From Amoebidium appalachense (lineage: Eukaryota > Protista > Ichthyosporea), in contig CAVNZM010000003.1 of the NCBI GenBank assembly GCA_963693365.1, positions 6,042,509-6,106,508 of the forward strand: a stretch of DNA of 64,000 nt, written 5' to 3'. Both the position numbers and the translations under genes were made by a program. Shown one piece after another: positions 22,006 through 41,695 of the stretch. The first letter of the stretch is position 1, and each line of letters opens with the position of its first letter. The notes under the pieces are model-generated. The model saw only the letters and a program-made list of their open reading frames with translations, was not told the DNA's origin and searched no databases.

Positions 22006-22313
22006 GCAGGGCCTCAGCCGCCGTGGTCGATGGGCCAGACATGTCACAGATTCAAAGCAGAAATGGTATATTTATAACGTCAAACGGATTGGAGTCTCTC
22101 CGTCACTATATTTATTGGAGTCTTTCTGCCACTGTGGGTGACTACAATACACAAGTGATTCATCCCTTGCAATGTACCCGCTTTTTTATTTTACTGTACC
22201 CGTCATATACGTGGCCATGCAATGGCCGTCACAAAAGTGCAGACCACATTCGAAATTTGGTACGAACCCTTAAATGTGAATGTGTGGCCTACTGCCCACA
22301 CCACCACAACTAG
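21611..22313 (+). CDS. hypothetical protein, possibly spliced across a (GT)n intron
   Basis: ORF 21611-21904 can join the frame ending at 22313 via GT 21898..AG 22009 (phase 2, weak donor). Confidence 0.45.
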
Positions 22314-22391
22314 TGTTTCCCTCACCGCACCCACCACGAACCCCTAGCAATCGCCGTCACAAAAGTGCAGACCACATTCGAAATTTGGTAC

Positions 22392-23305
22392 GCATCCGGG
22401 CATGCAAATAATGCTAAGTGTGTGAGGCCGGGCATGCAAATATTGCTAAGTGTGAGGCCGGGCATGCAAAAAGTGTCTCTTCGGCAGGCCAAATAAATGC
22501 ATCCGGGCATGCAAATAATGCTAAGTGTGTGAGGCCGGGCATGCAAATATTGCTAAGTGTGTGAGGCCGGGCATGCAAAAGGTGTCTCTTCGGCAGGCCA
22601 AATAAATGCATCCGGGCATGCAAATAATGCTAAGTGTGTGAGGCCGGGCATGCAAATATTGCTAAGTGTGTGAGGCCGGCCATGCAAATAATGCTAAGTG
22701 TGTGAGGCCGGCCATGCAAAAAGTGTCTCTTCGGCAGGCCAAATAAATGCATCCGGGCATGCAAATAATGCTAAGTGTGTGAGGCCGGCCATGCAAATAA
22801 TGCTAAGTGTGTAAGGCCGGCCATGCAAAAAGTGTCTCTTCGGCAGGCCAAATAAATGCATCTGTCTCTTCGGCAGGCCAAATAAATGCATCCGGGCATG
22901 CAAATAATGCTAAGTGTGTGAGGCCGGCCATGCAAATATTGCTAAGTGTGTGAGGCCGGGCATGCAAAAAGTGTCTCTTCGGCAGGCCAAATAAATGCAT
23001 CTGTCTCTTCGGCAGGCCAAATAAATGCATCCGGGCATGCAAATAATGCTAAGTGTGTGAGGCCGGCCATGCAAATATTGCTAAGTGTGTGAGGCCGGGC
23101 ATGCAAAAAGTGTCTCATCGGCAGGCCAAATAAATGCATCCGGGCATGCAAATAATGCTAAGTGTGTGAGGCCGGCCATGCAAATATTGCTAAGTGTGTG
23201 AGGCCGGCCATGCAAATATTGCTAAGTGTGTGAGGCCGGGCATGCAAGAAGTGTCTCTTCGGCAGGCCAAATAAATGCATCCGGGCATGCAAATAATGCT
23301 AAGTG
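22392..23305. repeat. composite satellite A (GCATGCAAATAATGCTAAGTGTGTGAGGCCGG / GTGTCTCTTCGGCAGGCCAAATAAATGCATCCGG)
   Basis: Interleaved ~32-bp and ~43-bp modules. Confidence 0.95.
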
Positions 23306-23335
23306 CACACTACCCTATGTCGGGCCATTGCAACC

Positions 23336-32517
<9,182 letters not shown>

Positions 32518-32969
32518 GTTAATGGTTTGTGTGTGAGCGAGTTTATGTGCAAGCGAGTAGTAGAAAATCTTTGCTCGGAGTAAAGGGAAGTTTTGCTGTG
32601 GCTAAAAAAGTGTGAAGCGCTAAGACGTGACAGACTGTTGCCGAAAGTGGCAGACTGACGGGTGCGCGCATGGTCTCATAGTTCGAGCATTGGTATTTGA
32701 AGTAGGGTAAAAAGGTGTGCCTACATATGCGTATTTGAAGTAGGGTAAAAAGGTACTACCTCGGCCACCGATACCCGGTGCAGTCAGGCTACCACAATGC
32801 GAAAAAATGAGAAAAGTTTTATTATATGTTTTTCTTTTGTGTAGTGTACTTATCCATAAATATTTATTAATACAGCGTCAATATATATAAGGCCGTGCGT
32901 CACTGCTTGCTTTGAAAAGCCTTGCCCCCCTCCAGACAGTTCTCAGAAGTTCACGTGATCCCACGAGCT

Positions 32970-33095
32970 GTCCCAATCGCTGTCCAGCCAATCAAAAAGA
33001 CCCCGAATTAGCCCCCAATCGCTTTCCAGCCAATCAAAAGGACCCTGCATTAGCCCCCAATCGCTGTCCAGCCAATAAAAAGGATCCTGAATTAA
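32970..33095. promoter_or_regulatory. three ~42-bp repeats, each with two CCAAT boxes
   Basis: CCCAATCGCT.TCCAGCCAAT x3, between the divergent JmjC and coiled-coil genes. Confidence 0.55.
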
Positions 33096-34148
33096 CGTGT
33101 CTTCTGTGTTCATATTGTGTATAAACAAAATCATTAATACTTCATTGTAAAGATCTTATCCAGAAAGAATAATTTTGAATTTTAATAGATTTGATTGTGA
33201 AAGAATAATTTTGAATTTTAATAGATTTGATTGTGATTAAAGGGGTTTTTTATAATCCTTTTGACAGCGGGGCGTCAAAAAAAAAACGGAAAAATTCAAA
33301 AGCCACTCATGGGGGGGGTAAAAGGGGTGCTATTTGAATGACCCGCGGCAACGGCATCCATGTACACAAGACTTGAATTATAAACATATGTAGGAAATAA
33401 TACATCTGAATTATAATAGCCTATTGTGATTTTAAGTTTTTTTTTTTAGAATCCCGGACAGTGGGGCATTAAAAAGTGTGAAATTCAAGAGCCACTCATC
33501 GGAGGGAGGGCAAAAAGGGGTGTGAAATTCCGATTTTGCGCTATTTGAATGACCCGCGGCAAAGGCATCCCATGTTGATGTTTTTTGTTCGTTTTACACA
33601 ATTGCTTGACTTGAATGAAATAAAATAACCGTAGATTTTTCGATTAACATTAATGTTGAGTTGTTATTTGTATCCATTGTTAAATAAGCACGCTGACATG
33701 CCATGAGGCTCTTGCTTCTTGACAGCTCTCACATGACCACCAGTGCCCCAAAAGTTTATTGCTTTGTCCAACCAATCCAAGGGCATGCGCATCTTCTAGA
33801 AAACACATGCTGAGCTGCCCACAACAAGATGCAGTTGTACCTCTGAAAGTAAATCCATAGGGCGTCGCGCTGTTCCCTATGAATTTACTTTCAATGTTGA
33901 GCCAAAACCATTATAAGTAAAAAAAAAACGTTAAAAAATGCAGTCAAGCCAATTCACGTACTCATAATTTGGACAACCGAATCGACCACCATTTAGATCC
34001 GCGAGTATTGTCTGTTGGAGCTCGGGCTACCATTTAGATCCGCGAGTAAGATGTCCGTTGGAGCTCGGGCTATAAAAATGCAATCCAACTGATATCGGGT
34101 CATTTTCGCTCACTCTCACCTCGAATATCCTTTCTTTTGTTCTTAGTC

Positions 34149-34895
34149 ATGTCAGACCCTGATCGTGAAGATTTGGAGTCGGGGCACACTACTGGCCCCA
34201 AGTCTCCTCGTGGTACTGACCCCAAGTCTCGTGGTGAAATCGAAGAGGGGGGGGAGGGTGGGGGGACGTTCTGTGTTACCCCCGAGATGTGGGACAACCT
34301 TTGCAGTCGGGTCGGTGTGGTTGAGGAGCAGCTCGAGTCGTTGTCCGGCGACGTGCAGAAAGTTTCGGAGAAAGTTCATTCTCAGAACGAAACTCTGGCA
34401 CGCCAGAACGAGGCTCTACAACAGTCTGCAACATCGTGTGCAAGGGACATTGAAGATATGCACGAACGTATGGCCCGTGGGTACGGTAATGTTGGGGGGC
34501 TTGTGCGGGAGCTGAAGAAGACTCGGGAGGCTCTTGAGGCAAGGGAGGTCGAGTTGGCGAGTGCGAAGGCCAGGGCTGAAGAGTACAAGATTCAGCGTGA
34601 CAGGCTGTCTGCCCGTGTCGACGACAACCCGATGAGTGCTGTTTACCGGCCTGCTAACGCCCCGCCCCGGGGGGGAGGGGGGGCCACACCCGACGAGACC
34701 CGCAAAGGCCGCAAGTCCCCCTCCCCCCCGTCCACCTTTGACCCCCGGCCCCCCATCCCCCCGGCCACCTTCGACCCCCGGCCCCCCGTCCCCCCGGCCA
34801 CCTCCGGCCCCCGTCCCCCCGTCACCCGTGTCGTTCTGGGAGCCCCCCCCCATGGTTTTGGCTACCCCTCGCACCGCGGGCACCCCGAAGGGTAA
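34149..34895 (+). CDS. coiled-coil protein with Pro-rich repeats
   Basis: TATAAAA at 34071; long heptad region; (T)FDPRPP repeats; possible frameshifted tail to 34950. Confidence 0.65.
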   Translation: MSDPDREDLESGHTTGPKSPRGTDPKSRGEIEEGGEGGGTFCVTPEMWDNLCSRVGVVEEQLESLSGDVQKVSEKVHSQNETLARQNEALQQSATSCARDIEDMHERMARGYGNVGGLVRELKKTREALEAREVELASAKARAEEYKIQRDRLSARVDDNPMSAVYRPANAPPRGGGGATPDETRKGRKSPSPPSTFDPRPPIPPATFDPRPPVPPATSGPRPPVTRVVLGAPPHGFGYPSHRGHPEG

Positions 34896-35840
34896 GAGAG
34901 GCCATGAAGATGTCGAGCATGACCCCAAGAGACACGCGCCCAGCAAGTAGTGTGTTCGGTGTGGGGTTTTTGGTGTCCTTTTTTGTCGTGCATTGTGTGT
35001 GGGGGGGTGTTTAGTTTATTTTTGTTATGATTGTGATGAACGGGACGGCAATATATATTTTATAGTTCTGATTTAGATATTTTTGTTATGATTGTGAATA
35101 ACAGGACGGCAATAAATATTTTCGTTGTATACTATGTGCCATTCCGTCTTTCTCGACACAAAAACTACTCCGGGACGTGTGTTGCCTCTAGGGGGACATC
35201 CCCTTGGACGAAAGTGAACCTGCAATGGTTGTAAACCACGGCAAGCCCCCAGTCATCAATTTATTGATCCGTGAGGTCCATGTGCCCAAAAAACGGGGGA
35301 AGTCTTCGCCCCGTGAAAAAACAGCACGTATGTGTGGATCAATGGGGGTTGTGTGTGGGTGTAGGTGGGTGGGTGAAAAGGAATATATAGCTGTAAGGCT
35401 GTGGATGCTAAACACAGAAGATGTGTTTGTAGCTTGCTGATCTGCTAAAAACTGTCGTGCTTATATACCTAAGCCTACCGATCTGAGCCAATCAAAAATC
35501 GATCTAGTGATATGTGAAATCTAATCCGAGCCAATCATAACTCGGTCTAGTGATCTGTGGTATCTGATGTTTTGACTGGCTAATAGGTGCCCGTGTGCGG
35601 GCAGCCAACCGCTAACTGCTAAAACACGAAATGAAGCCTACATGGCTATGTTGGTATCGAACACCCATCCTACGTGTTTACCCAGAAAAATATTTATGTC
35701 AATAATTTCCACAAATAAAACCTCTATGAAAAACTACTCCGGGACGTGTGTTGCCTCTAGGGGGACATCCCCTTGGACGAAAGTGAACCTGCAATGGTTG
35801 TAAACCACGGCACGAGAGCAGTATGCTTGCTCCAAAGGTT

Positions 35841-36872
35841 TCACTTAAGAATAGAGGCGAATACACGTGTGGTGGTGGCAGCAATGAAGGCCGGACGAAG
35901 TCGGGTATAGATCAGGAAGCAGTCGGAGGACCACCGGCCGAGTTGTTTGATCCGGGAGTCGTCGACCCCGGCCTCAGCCAGTGCTGTGGCCCCCCCGATG
36001 CGGAGGCTGTGTCCGGCAAACCGGGAGGGTGAGAGGCCTGCCCGGGAGAGGAGGGCACGGAAATCGGCAGAGAAAGCACTCTTGGTGTAGGGGATGCCAC
36101 CGAGACTGAAGAGGGGGTCGTCGGGTTGACCGGACGTTGTATCCAGGAACTGCCGGAGGAGATGGGCTGGGGAGAAGTGGGTGAGGGGCAGGGCAGCTAG
36201 GGTGACGTTGACACCTCGGGCCTGTACATCCGTTTTAGAGGTTGGCAGGTGGAGGGTGGCATGGGACAAAGTACCGGTGGGGGTGTAGCTGAAGGTCACG
36301 TCCTTCCGTTTAACGTGACGGGACGGGTCGAAAGAAGTCAGGGTCTTGGAGGTAAATTCCCCTGAACGGAGGAGACCACAGAAACCGACGATGAGGGCCG
36401 TCCATAGCCGGAGATTGGCCGAGGAGGCCTTGGTGGGGCACTGGCCGTGGAGTAGGCGGAGGTGGGAGGGGAGGAGGGGTTCCCTGGTGGATGAGCGGGG
36501 TCGGATGTTGTGAGAAAGCTGCCATCGGCCTACCCCCCGTAGGAACCAGGCCAGAGACTTGTCGTGGGGGTAGGGAGCAGGGAGGCCCATGTCGAGGTGG
36601 AGCCTGGTGATGGCCGAATTGTAGCCGGTTAAGGAAGAGGCCTGTACCCCTCGTTGGGCGCACCAGGCGAGAAAAAGTTGCACGGTGTGTGGGGAGGCCG
36701 GGAGGGAGGACCCGGAGGAGGATTGCAGCCGAGATGCCACACAGAAATCGATGAACACTTTTTGCACCCGGGAGTAAAAGGCCCGAGAGTCGAGGTTGAG
36801 ACTCAGGGCCTGGCATTCCTGCAGGGTAGTGGTGGCTCGAAGCAGCTCGGCCGGAGCAAAGTGGGGGGCCAA
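35841..36872 (-). CDS. tyrosine recombinase
   Basis: LLRSGEF, SKTD, GHSLRIGGAT and LGRWSSDCFLIY give the full catalytic set. Confidence 0.93.
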   Translation of the reverse strand: MAPHFAPAELLRATTTLQECQALSLNLDSRAFYSRVQKVFIDFCVASRLQSSSGSSLPASPHTVQLFLAWCAQRGVQASSLTGYNSAITRLHLDMGLPAPYPHDKSLAWFLRGVGRWQLSHNIRPRSSTREPLLPSHLRLLHGQCPTKASSANLRLWTALIVGFCGLLRSGEFTSKTLTSFDPSRHVKRKDVTFSYTPTGTLSHATLHLPTSKTDVQARGVNVTLAALPLTHFSPAHLLRQFLDTTSGQPDDPLFSLGGIPYTKSAFSADFRALLSRAGLSPSRFAGHSLRIGGATALAEAGVDDSRIKQLGRWSSDCFLIYTRLRPAFIAATTTRVFASILK

Positions 36873-36926
36873 TCTGCCAGTGTTGCTCCGGAACGGGAGA
36901 TCTGGGGGGGGGGGGGGGGGGGGGGT

Positions 36927-38609
36927 TTAGCCCAAGGGAAGGGATAGGAACTCGTGGACCCAGGAGGGGAAGGGGCAGGGCTCCGGTTGCAGGGAAGGTC
37001 GGAGTCGTCGGGCCCGGGGAAGTTGGTTACGAGAAATGGCATCGGCCAGATGGTTGAGGGGTCCTGGTAGGTAGGATGCCTGTAACGTGAATTGGTATTG
37101 CATTTCCATGCGGGTGATGAACCGAATAAGTTTGGCCATCACGGGGTGGGGGGAAGACCGGGAGTGCAGGTCAGACACAGCACCCGTGTTGTCGCATAAA
37201 ATACGGACATGGTGGGTGTACCAGGAGGGGGCCCAGAGGGCCACGGCGGCTGCGATGGCCAGGAGTTCGATGACGGAAGAACCGAGTTTACCCTCATGAG
37301 CATAGAGGGCTTGGGTGGAGGGGGACCAGGGCATGAAGAACCATTGGTCGAGCCAGTGGCCACCTAGACCCACCGATCCGGCAGCATCAGTGGCCAGGGT
37401 GGTGTATGTGGGGGGTGTGATGAGGTGCACCCCATTCCATGATGTGAGGAACTGGTGCCATTCGGCTATGTCGGCCCGGGCGGCAGCAGTCAGTCGTATG
37501 TGGTGGTGGCCGGCAAGGTGTGGGTGGGTCCGGAGAAGGGCCCAGAGGCGCTGGGAGAAGGCCCTCCCGGGGGGAACCAGCTGGGCACACCAGGTGAGTT
37601 TGCCGAGGAGGGACTGGAGGTCCCAAATGGTGATGGTGGGCTTTGGGTGGGAAGTGAGGTCGAGTAGGTCCGAGAGCTTGGAAGCCGGGATTCGTGCCTC
37701 CATGGCGATGGAGTCGAATTCGATACCGATGAAGACGACACGGGTAGCCGGGACCTGCATCTTGTCTTCGGAGATGGCAATGTGCAGCTCTCGGCAGAGT
37801 TGCAGGAAGGTGGATAGGTGACGTTGGCACTGCTGTTGTGTGGGGGCGACTATAATCCAGTCGTCTACGTAGTGGCGGATGAGGGTAATACCGTGCTGGT
37901 GTGCCAGCCACTGTAGGGTGGCCGCGATCCGTTCCCAGATGGCTGGGCTAGATTTCAGGCCGAAGGGCAGTCTGGTTTCAACGTAAAAATGCCCTTGCCA
38001 TTTGAATGCCATTAAGTGGTGGTCTTCCGGTCGGATGGGCATGTGCCGGAAGGCAGCCTGCACATCTGCCACGGCCATGTAGCAGCCGGGGCCTGCGTCG
38101 AGAATGAGTTGGGTGACATCCCGGGCGCGAATGTACTGAAGTTCGTCGGGGTAGGTGATGCTGTCATTGACACTGCTACCCCGGGGCCAGGAGAGGTGGT
38201 GGATTCGACGGTACTTGGGGGGGTTCCCTTTCTTGGTAACGGCGCCGATGGGGGAGGAACGGTGGACGGGAAATTCGTCAAAGAATTGGGCCGGGGAGAG
38301 GGGGCCGCGCAGGTGGCCGAGGGCGACTTCTTTGGCAATATCCACCGTGATAGCGGCAGCTGCCTCCGGGGTGGTGGGTAGGTTGGGGCCCACCCGAGAG
38401 GTGGAGGGGCCGCGATAGCCGATGTCGACGCCGAATTCGACATCGTGGAGGAGTTGTGCGGCGAATGGTTGGTCCGGGTAGGAGGCCAGCAGTTCCCGGA
38501 GGCGGGAGGTGTCAATGTGGTGCTGGGGCAGCGGGCGGGCCTCCGGGTCTGAGCCTCGGGGGAAGGGGTGGTTAGCAAGGGTGGTGTGCCCTTGGGGAGA
38601 TCCCGGCAG

Positions 38610-38674
<65 letters not shown>

Positions 38675-38789
38675 CGGGGCCCCGGGGGGTTAGAGTAGGG
38701 CAGCTTGGCCCAAGTGAGGGTTGGCAGGGAGGGCAGCGGGGCCCTGTGCAGGGGAATGTGCCCGAGCACGCGGGGGTGTGGGCGGACAC
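36927..38789 (-). CDS. pol: DIRS/Ngaro RT-RNase H (5' end uncertain)
   Basis: YRRIHHLS, LPFGLKSSP, HYVDDW; RNase H TDAAG, IELLAI, CDN, NHLADAISR. Confidence 0.92.
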
Positions 38790-39064
38790 AGCGGTAGAAG
38801 AAGGGGGGGGAGGGAGTGCTAGGTGAGTGTAAGGGGGGGGGGAGGCTCGTGGGATGGGGGGGGGAGTAAAATTATGTGCAGTGGCCAGAATAAACGTCTT
38901 TGTATAGGGACATTTATTCTTGACGCGCGCGGGCGCCGTAGTTGGCCTGCGAAATTTTGTACTCAGCCCTATTGGCCCGTTCTCCCGAGCTCCGTTTCCC
39001 TGTACTCGTGTGTCCTAGCTCCGAACCCCTATGTTCTAGCTGTGTGTGTGGGTGTGCGCGTAGA

Positions 39065-40234
39065 CTAGGCATTGTGCTTGCAGTCTTTGCGGGGGTGTGT
39101 GCCAGAGCAGAGCGGGCACACGTGGGAGAAGGGGCAGGGCTGCTTAGCGCAGGACCGACCGTTAATGTGGAAATTCCTGCAGTGCGTCGCATGTAGATCC
39201 ACGGGTCGGGCCGGTTTTGCCGGGCCGGGTTGCGGGCCAGGGCGGTTAGGGGTGTGACCCCCGCCGGGCTTGTGGGGCGGCTTAAAGCCGTCAAGACCAC
39301 AGCCGGGCTTGGGGTACATGGGGCAGGCCGCGCTGGGGTGGTCGGGGAAGCCACAGCGCTGACATGCGTCCTGGATGAGCAGGGTGGGTGGCAGGAGGAG
39401 ATCCTGGTGGAGTTGGGCGAGCAGGTTGGGGCACTCGATCGGAGCCCGACCCTGCTGGTGGGCCACGGTGCGGGCGTATACGTCATAGTTGTGAATCTGG
39501 GCCCACGGGTATCGGGTGCTGAGGCGAGTGATGTGCTGAGTCCAAAGTACGTCTTTGTCCGTGGGAAGGCCGAGGTGGTGCTTGGCGGCCATGTAATGGG
39601 TCCAAGCTTGGATCCAAATGACGAGTGAACGCAGGGGAACGGGTTTGTCTTGGCGAAAAGTCTCGATGCTGCCGTCGTCGGCCATGCGCAGATGCTGACC
39701 TTTCTTGGATGGGGCCAGGAGGGCGGCGGGGGTGAACTTATACAGGTCGACGAAACGATTGGCGCGCAAATCTGCCAGCACATCCGCGGGGGGAAGCGGG
39801 AGTGTGCCCGGCTGAATGTCGCCAGTGTTCTCACCTGTGATGGGGGGCGCGGGCAGGGCAGGCAGGTCAAGGTCAGGGCCGAGATGCAGCCCCGGGGAAA
39901 CCTCCCCGGGTGTGGAGGGCGCGGAGGGGGGCGCGGGAGGGTCGCGGTTGGTGAGAGCAGCCAGGACGCCAGCCATCTGGGTGCTGATGGCGGTGAGGGC
40001 GGCCAGGACGGCGTCTTGAGAAGTCATCTGCGGGGACGGCGGGGCCTGAGGGGGGACTTCAGGGGTGGAGGGGAGAGTCGCCGGCGGGTCCGGGTCCGTG
40101 GTGGTATGGGCCGCTGGAGGCGCGTCAGTGTCCGCGGGAGCGTTGGTCAGCCTGTGGCGGAGGTCGCTGCGGGTCAGGCGCTTAGGTGCCGCGGCAGGGG
40201 CGGCGGCTGAGGCCTGGCGCTTTTTCGGCGGCAT
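39065..40234 (-). CDS. gag: Ngaro Gag-like ORF1
   Basis: FVDLYKF..WIQAW..W...YD; zinc motifs CQRCGFPDHPSAAC and CRNF..C..C..HVCPLCSGTHPRKDC. Confidence 0.85.
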   Translation of the reverse strand: MPPKKRQASAAAPAAAPKRLTRSDLRHRLTNAPADTDAPPAAHTTTDPDPPATLPSTPEVPPQAPPSPQMTSQDAVLAALTAISTQMAGVLAALTNRDPPAPPSAPSTPGEVSPGLHLGPDLDLPALPAPPITGENTGDIQPGTLPLPPADVLADLRANRFVDLYKFTPAALLAPSKKGQHLRMADDGSIETFRQDKPVPLRSLVIWIQAWTHYMAAKHHLGLPTDKDVLWTQHITRLSTRYPWAQIHNYDVYARTVAHQQGRAPIECPNLLAQLHQDLLLPPTLLIQDACQRCGFPDHPSAACPMYPKPGCGLDGFKPPHKPGGGHTPNRPGPQPGPAKPARPVDLHATHCRNFHINGRSCAKQPCPFSHVCPLCSGTHPRKDCKHNA

Positions 40235-40573
40235 GCTGACCGGCGTAGGGAAAGATAGGGAGAATGAAAAGGAATGAAAAGGAATATATAGCTGTAAGGC
40301 TGTGGATGCTAAACACAGAAGATGTGTTTGTAGCTTGCTTCTCTATTTCTATGTGAAATCTAATCCGAGCCAATCATAACTCGGTCTAGTGATCTGTGGT
40401 ATCTGATGTTTTGACTGGCTAATAGGTGCCCGTGTGCGGGCAGCCAACCGCTAACTGCTAAAACACGAAATGAAGCCTACATGGCTATGTTGGTATCGAA
40501 CACCCATCCTACGTGGTTACCCAGAAAAATATTTATGTCAATAATTTCCACAAATAAAACCTCGACACAAAAA

Positions 40574-40790
40574 ACACCCCACACACCGAACACTAGCACG
40601 GCACAAGCACCCCCCACACCGAACACTAGCACAACAAAAACCCCCACACCGAACACTAGCACGGCACAAGCAACCCCCACACCGAACACTAGCACAACAA
40701 AAACCCCCACACCGAACACAACACCAACACAAAACCCCCCATACCGAACACAACACCAACACAAGCACCCCCACACCGAACACAACACCA
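40574..40790. repeat. CACACCGAACACTAGCAC minisatellite
   Basis: About 30-bp units. Confidence 0.85.
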
Positions 40791-41245
40791 ACGACACTTT
40801 TTGCATGCCCGGCCTCACACTTAGCATTATTTGCATGGCCGGCTCACACACTTAGCATTATTTGCATAAGAGACACTTTTTGCATGCCCGGCCTCACACA
40901 CTTAGCATTATTTGCATGCCCGGATGCATTTATTTGGCCTGCCGAAGAGACACTTTTTGCATGCCCGGCCTCACACTTAGCAATATTTGCATGCCCGGCC
41001 TCACACACTTAGCATTATTTGCATGCCCGGATGCATTTATTTGCATGCCCGGATGCATTTATTTGGCCTGCCGAAGAGACACTTTTTGCATGCCCGGCCT
41101 CACACTTAGCAATATTTGCATGGCCGGCCTCACACATTAGCATTATTTGCATGCCCGGATGCATTTATTTGGCCTGCCGAAGAGACACTTTTTGCATGCC
41201 CGGCCTCACACTTAGCAATATTTGCATGGCCGGCCTCACACACTT

Positions 41246-41383
41246 AACAACCGCACCTAAAACCGATGCAAACAAGTCAAGGGAAACGGTAAAGAATTTC
41301 GCACCAGAGATGGTCATTGCCTTTTGACATTGTTGGCATACAATCTGTATGAATGTCTTTGCTTCTTCACTTCCGTCATACCA
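41246..41383 (-). pseudogene. Orco: 46-codon fragment of the insect odorant receptor co-receptor C-terminus
   Basis: [46 protein letters not shown], almost identical to the conserved insect Orco C-terminus as I recall it. Confidence 0.9.
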
Positions 41384-41574
41384 CAAAGCAATGAATTTGT
41401 AAGCATAAAATTAATTTCCTCTTTAACATATTTCATTTTAATAACCTTCGTCATAACAATTTGAGCTCGTCCACCCATCGAAATTATGTTTAGGTCATCA
41501 CCTTTCCCCTCATCATTTTCTTCTTTCCATGCAACACACAAAATAATTAATTAATTACATACAATTCCCCTTAC

Positions 41575-41695
41575 GGATTTATTTTTGGGTTAATTCTTGA
41601 TAACAATGTGGCTGATGCATGAACACATCCAATGCTCGCACACTCTTTGTACTGCTTCTGACACTTTGCAAGTTTTGAACTTTTTAGCAGCAAGA
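41575..41695 (-). pseudogene. fragment resembling an M13/neprilysin N-terminal exon, followed by a GTAAG donor
   Basis: KECASIGCVHASATLLSRINPKINP resembles C...C..AA..LL..M...V.PC; then CC|GTAAGG and AT-rich intron-like DNA. Confidence 0.55.

Larger units (their letters stand above)
35152..40573 (-). mobile_element. Ngaro-type (DIRS order) tyrosine-recombinase retrotransposon
   Basis: gag, RT/RH and YR ORFs. Split direct repeats A1 (40275-40563), B1 (35730-35812), A2 (35374-35724), B2 (35160-35243). CTCGACACAAAAA at both ends. Confidence 0.93.

Noticed and set aside
2990-22313. Calling the cluster a giant-virus, Polinton or adintovirus insertion
   Set aside because: No recognisable major capsid protein, PolB, packaging ATPase, RNA polymerase or TIR in the window.
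38611-38671. Poly-proline tract in the Ngaro RT as a functional domain
   Set aside because: It is a pure G homopolymer whose length is unreliable; similar runs occur throughout non-coding DNA.
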